Below, one piece after another: positions 57,595 through 64,000 of a DNA stretch of 64,000 nucleotides (the first letter of the stretch is position 1; every line of letters begins with the position of its first letter). The notes beneath the pieces are model-generated. The model searched no databases. It saw nothing but the letters and a program-made list of their open reading frames with translations, and had not been told where the DNA came from. The position numbers were made by a program, and so were the translations under genes. Origin of the DNA: an uncultured Planctomycetia bacterium (GTDB taxonomy: Bacteria > Omnitrophota > Gorgyraeia > Tantalellales > Tantalellaceae); contig CAZGOG010000004.1 of the NCBI GenBank assembly GCA_964527555.1, positions 10,593 to 74,592 of the forward strand, read 5' to 3'.

Positions 57595-59790
57595 ATGAAG
57601 CAGCTCATCCAGAATTTTAAATCAGGCCACTTAAGTCTTATGGAAGCGCCGGTTCCTAATCCGGGTGAAAACGATCTGTTGCTTAAAACTCTTAATTCCG
57701 TTGTCAGTGTAGGGACTGAAAAGAATATAAATGCGTTTGCCAAAAGTTCATTATTGGCAAAAGCTAAATCACGGCCGGATCTTCTCAAACAGCTATTAAA
57801 CAAAGCCGCGAGGGAAGGGGTCTTCGGAGCTTTCAGCGGTGCCATGAGAAGATTGGATGAGCTTCTGCCGCTTGGGTACAGCTCCTGTGGCACCGTAATC
57901 AAAGGCGGGGCAAAAGTCACCGGCTTTAGAACGGGCGAGAGGGTAGCGGTTTTCGGCACAAGGTATGCCTCACATGCGGAATACACCGCTAGCCCCCAAG
58001 AAAACGTAGTCAAAGTTCCGGATAATGTTGATAGCGAATCAGCGGCATTTACGTCTTTAGGTGCTATAGCAATAAACGGTGTGCGTAATACGCAGTTAAA
58101 GGAAAAGGCTGATGTCGCAGTTATAGGCCTAGGGATTATAGGGTTTATTACGGCGCTGGTTTTAAAAGCCTATGGGCATAATGTCGCCGTTTTTGATATA
58201 AATCATGGAAGAGTTGAAAAGGCAAGAAAGCTGGGGATAACAAAATCTTTTGATAACAGCAATTCCGGCGCCGAAGAGGCGGCGCTAGCGGTTACAAATC
58301 ATAAAGGATTTGATTCTGTAATAATAACAGCTTCCACAAAGTCAAGTCAGCCCATAGATTTAGCTGCGAAGATTTCCCGGTTCAGGGGAAGGATAGTTTT
58401 GGTTGGAGTTGTAGGGTTGGATCTTTCCAGAAGGTCTTTCTATGAGAAAGAATTGGAATTTGTGGTCTCTAAGGATGCCGGACCGAAACCGGATACATCC
58501 GGTGAAGACAGCAGAAAAAATTACGTTCTTCCGGATAAAGAGTGGACTCAGGGAGGAAATATGGAAGAGTTCTTGAGTCTGCTTTCGGAAAAGAAGCTGG
58601 ATGTCAGACCCTTGATTACGCACAGGATTGATTTTGACGATATATTAAACTCTTATAAGGAGATATTGTCTGGTACCACGGGCACAGATTATTTGGGCAC
58701 AGTCATCAAATATAAGGGGGAAAGCGAGGAGTCAAACCTCCTGCATTTAGAAAAAAATAAACAGCCGAAAAGAGCAAACTCACAAGATAAGGTTAATATC
58801 GCCGTCATCGGTACGGGACAGTTCGCCCGGAATATTTTTCTGCCCCTCTTGTTTAAGAATAATAAACTAAACTTAAGAGCGGTCTCAAGCGAAAAAGGGC
58901 TTTCTGCCCGGCAGACAGGCCAAAAGTATAATGCCGAGTATGTGACTACGGATTATAAGGAGATTTTAAAGGACAAATGCACGGATTCGGTGTTTATTAT
59001 GACAAGACATGATAAACATGCAAGTATGGTCATTGATGCGTTAAATGCCGGTAAAAATATTTATGTTGAAAAACCTTTGTGCTTAACTAGGAATGAGTTA
59101 AAGGAGGTTGCGGAGAATTACCGGCGAAAATCGTCCGGTGAAAAAGCGCCTTTTATAATGGTTGGATTTAACAGGCGCTTTTCCTCTCTTGCCAAAGAGG
59201 CTAAGGAGTTTTTATCTGAGTCCGGCAATTCGCCCAAGGTAATAACCATCAGGGCCAATGTGGGTTATATCCTCCGGGATCACTGGTCCCAGGACATGAA
59301 TATCGGCGGCGGAAGGATAATAGGCGAGGTATGTCATTACATCGATCTGGTTAATTATTTCACCGATAGTTTTCCCATAAGCGTGTATGCATCAAAGATG
59401 GCAGGTTCCGAAAACAAGGATGACGTGCTTATAAATTTGGAATATTCTGACGGTTCGGTCGCGAACATTTGTTACTCTGCCAGCGGCACTAAAGCATATC
59501 CCAGAGAACGCATTGAGGTCTTTTCCGCCGGCAGCGTTTGTGTGATAGATGATTTTATGATGACCGAATATGCAAGATCTGGTTCCAGGAAGAAAAAACG
59601 CCTTCTTACCAGAGACATGGGTTACAAAGCTGAAATAGATGCTTTCATGGATGTTGTATCTCTGGGCACAGAACCTCCGGTTGATTTTAATAGTTACCTC
59701 AGGACCACTTTGGCAAGTTTTAGTATTATTGAGTCTATTGATAGACGCGCAAAGATTGATATTGATTATTCGGATTATTTAATGAGGTAA
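57595..59790 (+). CDS. Bi-domain oxidoreductase (MDR dehydrogenase + Gfo/Idh/MocA)
   Basis: SVGTE, PLGYS, GLGIIG; TRH, YVEKP, VGFNRRF, GGRIIGEVCH. Confidence 0.88.
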   Translation: MKQLIQNFKSGHLSLMEAPVPNPGENDLLLKTLNSVVSVGTEKNINAFAKSSLLAKAKSRPDLLKQLLNKAAREGVFGAFSGAMRRLDELLPLGYSSCGTVIKGGAKVTGFRTGERVAVFGTRYASHAEYTASPQENVVKVPDNVDSESAAFTSLGAIAINGVRNTQLKEKADVAVIGLGIIGFITALVLKAYGHNVAVFDINHGRVEKARKLGITKSFDNSNSGAEEAALAVTNHKGFDSVIITASTKSSQPIDLAAKISRFRGRIVLVGVVGLDLSRRSFYEKELEFVVSKDAGPKPDTSGEDSRKNYVLPDKEWTQGGNMEEFLSLLSEKKLDVRPLITHRIDFDDILNSYKEILSGTTGTDYLGTVIKYKGESEESNLLHLEKNKQPKRANSQDKVNIAVIGTGQFARNIFLPLLFKNNKLNLRAVSSEKGLSARQTGQKYNAEYVTTDYKEILKDKCTDSVFIMTRHDKHASMVIDALNAGKNIYVEKPLCLTRNELKEVAENYRRKSSGEKAPFIMVGFNRRFSSLAKEAKEFLSESGNSPKVITIRANVGYILRDHWSQDMNIGGGRIIGEVCHYIDLVNYFTDSFPISVYASKMAGSENKDDVLINLEYSDGSVANICYSASGTKAYPRERIEVFSAGSVCVIDDFMMTEYARSGSRKKKRLLTRDMGYKAEIDAFMDVVSLGTEPPVDFNSYLRTTLASFSIIESIDRRAKIDIDYSDYLMR

Positions 59791-59791
59791 T

Positions 59792-60931
59792 ATGAGTATA
59801 AAAATCCTAAAGAAAGAAGAATTAACTAAAAATGTCGCGGTCATCATCGGAACCAGGCCGGGGATAGTCAAATTTGCCCCTGTGGTAAAAGAACTGAAAA
59901 AAAGGAAAGTGGATTTTTTCATAATACATGCTGGCCAGCATTATTCCTATAATATGGATAGGCAGTTTTTCGAACAACTTAATCTGCCAAGACCTAAGCA
60001 TGTTAATACCCATGTGAGGAATTACAAACTGCACGGGGAACAGACTGCTGAGATGATAAAGGGCATTGAAAGAGTGCTTTTTAAAGAAAAGCCTTCCGTG
60101 GTTATAGTGGGGGGAGACGCGAACACGAATCTCGCAGGAGCTTTAGCCGCCAGAAAACTGGGGATAAAACTGGTGCATATGGAGGCCGGCCTAAGAAGCA
60201 ATGACTGGAGTATGCCCGAAGAGCATAACAGGGTAATGATCGATCACATATCGGAGATTTTACTCGCGCCTACAAAGATAGCGCGGGAAAACCTTAAAAA
60301 AGATAATGTGAAGGGGAAAATAGTAGTGGTCGGCAATCCCATAGTCGATGCTGTAAACGATCATGTTAAGATCGCCAAGAAAAGCAGCCAGATACTGGGT
60401 AAGTTGCGTCTTGAGCCAAAAAAGTTTTTTCTTTTGACCTTTCACAGGGAAGAAAACGTCGATTCAAAGAAGAAAGTAAAAGCTATTATCAAAGTCATTA
60501 AAGAGGTTGTAAAGACTTTTCCGTATCCTATCGTGTTTCCTGTCCATCCCAGAACCATGAGAAGGATAAAGTTTTTTGGGTATATGGACGAGATAAAAAA
60601 CATAAGAGGTCTAAAGGTAATAAAAGCAGTCGGTTACTTTGATTTTCTTCAGCTTTTATCCAACAGCAAAGTTGTCCTTACGGATTCAGGCGGGGTGCAG
60701 GAGGAGTGCTGTATTTTAAAGGTCCCCTGCGTTACTCTACGCGAAAATACCGAAAGGCCTGAGACCGTCGCGGTAGGCGCTAACATAATCGCTTCCACCG
60801 ACCACAAGAAGGTAGCTGGAGCAGTGAAACAGTTTTTATCAAAAAACAAGAAAAAGAATTGGAAAAATCCTTTCGGAAGGAATTGCGCAAAAAAGATTGT
60901 CGACATTCTGGGTTCAGAGATAGAGGATTAA
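59792..60931 (+). CDS. wecB: UDP-GlcNAc 2-epimerase (non-hydrolysing)
   Basis: GTRP, GQHY, HMEAGLRS, PEEHNR, TDSGGVQEE, TERPE. Confidence 0.92.
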   Translation: MSIKILKKEELTKNVAVIIGTRPGIVKFAPVVKELKKRKVDFFIIHAGQHYSYNMDRQFFEQLNLPRPKHVNTHVRNYKLHGEQTAEMIKGIERVLFKEKPSVVIVGGDANTNLAGALAARKLGIKLVHMEAGLRSNDWSMPEEHNRVMIDHISEILLAPTKIARENLKKDNVKGKIVVVGNPIVDAVNDHVKIAKKSSQILGKLRLEPKKFFLLTFHREENVDSKKKVKAIIKVIKEVVKTFPYPIVFPVHPRTMRRIKFFGYMDEIKNIRGLKVIKAVGYFDFLQLLSNSKVVLTDSGGVQEECCILKVPCVTLRENTERPETVAVGANIIASTDHKKVAGAVKQFLSKNKKKNWKNPFGRNCAKKIVDILGSEIED

Positions 60932-60941
60932 ATTGATAAAC

Positions 60942-61979
60942 ATGAAAAGCTACGTTGATCTACTCAGGTTGTATTTATACGACAAAACAGGAGCCGGAAA
61001 GGTTCTTCCTGCCAGAGTGAACCCTTTTCGGTCCAGTATAAGACTCACGGAGAGGTGTAACTCGAGATGTACCACCTGCGGTTACTGGAAAAAAGAGTGG
61101 GAAGACAGAATATCGACGGAGAAGGCGATAGACGTGATCAAGCAGCTTAAGGATTTGGGTGTAAAACGGCTGCGGTTTACGGGTGGAGAACCTTTATTAC
61201 GCGAAGATTTGTTTAATATTCTTAAGGAAATAGACACTTTGAGATTCGAAAAAATCACACTGGCGACCAACGGCATACTTCTCGATAAGTATTATAAGGA
61301 AATAAACAATTCCTGTTTGACCGATCTTGGGGTTTCCATTGACGGTCTGGCTGAAGTAAACGATAAAATCCGCGGCATACCCGGAGGTTTTGAAAGAGTA
61401 ATGGACTCTTTAAAACTTATACAGGGCAAGAGGATAACGATCATGTCCACGTTGAGTTCATATCTGGCGAAAGACCTTGAGGGGCTGTTCGCTTTGATAG
61501 AAGAGAAAAAACTCTTATGGGACATGAATCTGCCCGATAATAGACCGTATTTTCTTAAAGATGTGGATATTGACGATTTTTGGCCTCTTCCGGCGGAAGT
61601 GGATGCTATTCTGGAGGCGATAAACAGGAATATAGGTAAACCTTTTATGAAGAGGATATCAAAGAGTCAGCTTGATTATACGGAAAAGTATCTTAAAAAA
61701 GAGAAACTTGAAGAAGTGCCTTGTTTTCTTGGGTATACCGATATAGACATTGACTCGGAAGGCAGAGTTTATTCAGGCTGTTACGTGCTGCCGGAGATCG
61801 GGAACATCCTTGATGACGACCTTAAGACGACAATAAGTAGAGGCTCTTATAATGAGAGGTTACGCAGCATGCTTGATAGAAACTGTCCGGGGTGTAATTG
61901 CGGATACGAACTTAATTTAATTGTTCAAAATTTGCCTTCGCGCTTCTTAAAATCTATACTAGGACGCGGAAGAAAATAG
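60942..61979 (+). CDS. Radical SAM protein with SPASM/twitch domain
   Basis: CNSRCTTC, FTGGEP, TNG, SIDG, C-terminal C..G...C...CPGCNC. Confidence 0.9.
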   Translation: MKSYVDLLRLYLYDKTGAGKVLPARVNPFRSSIRLTERCNSRCTTCGYWKKEWEDRISTEKAIDVIKQLKDLGVKRLRFTGGEPLLREDLFNILKEIDTLRFEKITLATNGILLDKYYKEINNSCLTDLGVSIDGLAEVNDKIRGIPGGFERVMDSLKLIQGKRITIMSTLSSYLAKDLEGLFALIEEKKLLWDMNLPDNRPYFLKDVDIDDFWPLPAEVDAILEAINRNIGKPFMKRISKSQLDYTEKYLKKEKLEEVPCFLGYTDIDIDSEGRVYSGCYVLPEIGNILDDDLKTTISRGSYNERLRSMLDRNCPGCNCGYELNLIVQNLPSRFLKSILGRGRK

Positions 61980-61986
61980 GGGGAAA

Positions 61987-63207
61987 ATGCATGTCTTGTA
62001 CATAACGGATTACTTTAATACCCCCGAAGACGGTGGGCTCTTAAGAACCTGGGAAATAGCACAGTACTTGCGGAAAAAGGATCATAAGGTAACCGTTATT
62101 TGTTCCTCTGCTCATCATATGACCGGCAAGACCGCGGAAAGAAACGGCCTGCTTAACAGGATGAATGTTAATGGGATAGATGTAATAAAAACTCATTCAT
62201 TCGCTAATTACAGGAATTCAAATTTAAACAGGATTATTTATTATATATTTTTCCCGATACTAGCATTTTTTGGCGCTTTGACTGTCAGAAAACCCGACGT
62301 TGTCATAACTTCATCGCCGCCCTTATCATTACTTCCTTTCGGGTTTTTGTTCTGCAGAATGAAACGCAAAAAATTCATAATAGAAGTCCGTGACGCATGG
62401 CTTGAGTTTGCGATCGCCCGCGGTCTTGTTCCGATGAAACTCATCAAACCGCTAAAAGTCCTTCAATATTACCTATTCAAAAAAGCAGACAGGATCATTG
62501 CCGTAACTCCCAGGATTAAAAAGATAGTGGATAAGTATTCAAAAGACAGTTCCAAAAGCATTCTTCTGATGAACGGGTTTGAAGACGATGTTGATGAGGG
62601 AATCAAACATTCCGAAGAAGAAATGATGAAGCTCAAGGAAGAATACGCTTTAGAGGACAAATTCATCGTCATATATACGGGTACACTGGGGCTTGCTCGT
62701 GATCACGAGGTTTTTGGAAAGACCGCTCTTTTGCTTAAGGGATATGAGGATATGCTGTTCCTCTTCATCGGTGAAGGGGAGAAAAAGAAGGAGCTGGTCA
62801 ATTACTGCAGGGATAACGCTCTTGGGAACTGTAAGTTTTTGCCGCTTCAACCGCGCTATAAAATCCCTTTATTTTTGAAAGTATCGCATGTGGCCATAAA
62901 CTCTATACGCAAAAATGACGCTCTTGAATCAAGCCTTTCAAATAAGATTTTTGATTATCTTGGAAATGGCGTTCCTGTCGTCTTTGCCGGCAAGGGCGAT
63001 ACAGCTGACTTCCTCGAGGAAAGCGGCGGCGGGATATGCACTGAGGCGGAGAACGCCGAAGAGATGAAGCGCGCCATCCTTAAATTTTACAAATCGGAAA
63101 AGTTCAGAGAAGAGACGGCAAAGCAGGGGCAAACGTACGTTCTTAAAAACTATACAAGGAGCAGGCTCCTTTCGAAACTGGATGATTTATTGAAAGATAT
63201 AACCTAA
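61987..63207 (+). CDS. GT4 glycosyltransferase (WbuB-like)
   Basis: TSSPP, EVRDAW, YTGTLG, NKIFDYL..GVP. Confidence 0.88.
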   Translation: MHVLYITDYFNTPEDGGLLRTWEIAQYLRKKDHKVTVICSSAHHMTGKTAERNGLLNRMNVNGIDVIKTHSFANYRNSNLNRIIYYIFFPILAFFGALTVRKPDVVITSSPPLSLLPFGFLFCRMKRKKFIIEVRDAWLEFAIARGLVPMKLIKPLKVLQYYLFKKADRIIAVTPRIKKIVDKYSKDSSKSILLMNGFEDDVDEGIKHSEEEMMKLKEEYALEDKFIVIYTGTLGLARDHEVFGKTALLLKGYEDMLFLFIGEGEKKKELVNYCRDNALGNCKFLPLQPRYKIPLFLKVSHVAINSIRKNDALESSLSNKIFDYLGNGVPVVFAGKGDTADFLEESGGGICTEAENAEEMKRAILKFYKSEKFREETAKQGQTYVLKNYTRSRLLSKLDDLLKDIT

Positions 63208-63217
63208 AGGCGGATTA

Positions 63218-64000
63218 TTGAACATCGATAAAGAAAAAATAATAAGGTGGATTGACGGGCTCATGGAATTCGCGCTCTTGTTCCTGATATTTACCCTGCC
63301 TTTTTCAAAGTCGCTTTTGGAAGGAGCTTTTATAACTTTACTTTCTTTATGGGTTATAAAACGGCTCGTATGTTATAGCAGAGGAGCCTCATTAATCACT
63401 GCGTTTAAGCCGGTAAGTACGGAACCAGGTCCGGCTATCGGTGTTTTTATTTTTATCGGTTTTTTGTCAACACTTGCGAGTGTTTCATTTTATTTGAGTT
63501 TAGAGGGGTTTTTCTGTAAGCTCTTTGAATGGGTTATGTTATATTTTATCGTCACTGAACTTCTGACCGAGAGAAAACAGTTGATCAGGGTCCTGGCAGT
63601 GTTTTTTATTTCGATGATAGTCATATCCGCGGATGGTATTTTCCAGATGATCACGGGTACAGATCTTTTAAGAGGGCGTCCCATTTTCGGCTGCAGGATC
63701 AGCAGCTCCTTCCACAACCCCAATGAATTCGCCGGCTGGCTTGTGGTGATGATCCCGGTGGCATTAAGCTTCGCATATTGCGGCGGAAGCACTTGGTCTG
63801 ATGTTTTCCTGAAATTCAAATGGGTCAGATATTTAATCAGGCCGCTGCTATGGATTTTATTGGCCCTATTGATATTTTGCCTGATTTTTACTTATACAAG
63901 AGGCGCCTGGGTAGCGGTACTAATATCGATAATTTTTCTCGGGATTCTTAAAAGCAAGAAATTGATAGTGTGCTTTTTGATAGTTCTAATGTTCATGCCT
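63218..64000 (+). CDS. O-antigen ligase family protein (runs off the window end)
   Basis: Not in the ORF track. Open frame from TTG 63218: LPFSK, DGIFQ, RISSSFHNPNEFAGWL, TYTRGAWVA. Confidence 0.8.
   Translation, partial: MNIDKEKIIRWIDGLMEFALLFLIFTLPFSKSLLEGAFITLLSLWVIKRLVCYSRGASLITAFKPVSTEPGPAIGVFIFIGFLSTLASVSFYLSLEGFFCKLFEWVMLYFIVTELLTERKQLIRVLAVFFISMIVISADGIFQMITGTDLLRGRPIFGCRISSSFHNPNEFAGWLVVMIPVALSFAYCGGSTWSDVFLKFKWVRYLIRPLLWILLALLIFCLIFTYTRGAWVAVLISIIFLGILKSKKLIVCFLIVLMFMP

Overview
Gene-dense bacterial chromosomal window, almost all on the + strand, from a diderm organism. The gene set and style suggest a PVC-superphylum lineage such as Ca. Omnitrophota, but that is inference only. 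1-20.6 kb is housekeeping (era, mgtE, purH, folC, mnmE, folE, L,D-transpeptidase, accA, gpmI) and encloses an unusual 8-kb block: RsbW-like kinase, STAS protein, mlaEFD, two secreted FecR-domain paralogs, an outer-membrane beta-barrel and a CHASE2-PP2C phosphatase, with no sigma factor. 20.6-25.6 kb is an accessory patch between tRNA-Leu(CAA) and tRNA-Ala(GGC). Each tRNA is followed immediately by an inverted pair of one palindromic scaffold with variable inserts; the patch also has a 16-bp duplicated tRNA 3' end, a 1232-aa secreted subtilase with three apparently circularly permuted CBM-like repeats, and a small GIY-YIG nuclease. 25.6-36.4 kb: exosortase/EpsI divergent from a TPR protein and a catalytically degenerate sulfatase-TPR, then leuS and comEA/comEC. 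36.5-64 kb: a long surface-glycan operon starting cysD-cysN-AlkP-SqdB-like (extra Cys-rich N-terminal domain)-thioredoxin, followed by GT2/GT4s, four methyltransferases, Wzx, Wzy/ligases, two sulfotransferases, a sulfatase-like protein, wecB and a radical SAM enzyme. All calls come from reading motifs by eye; no database searches were run.
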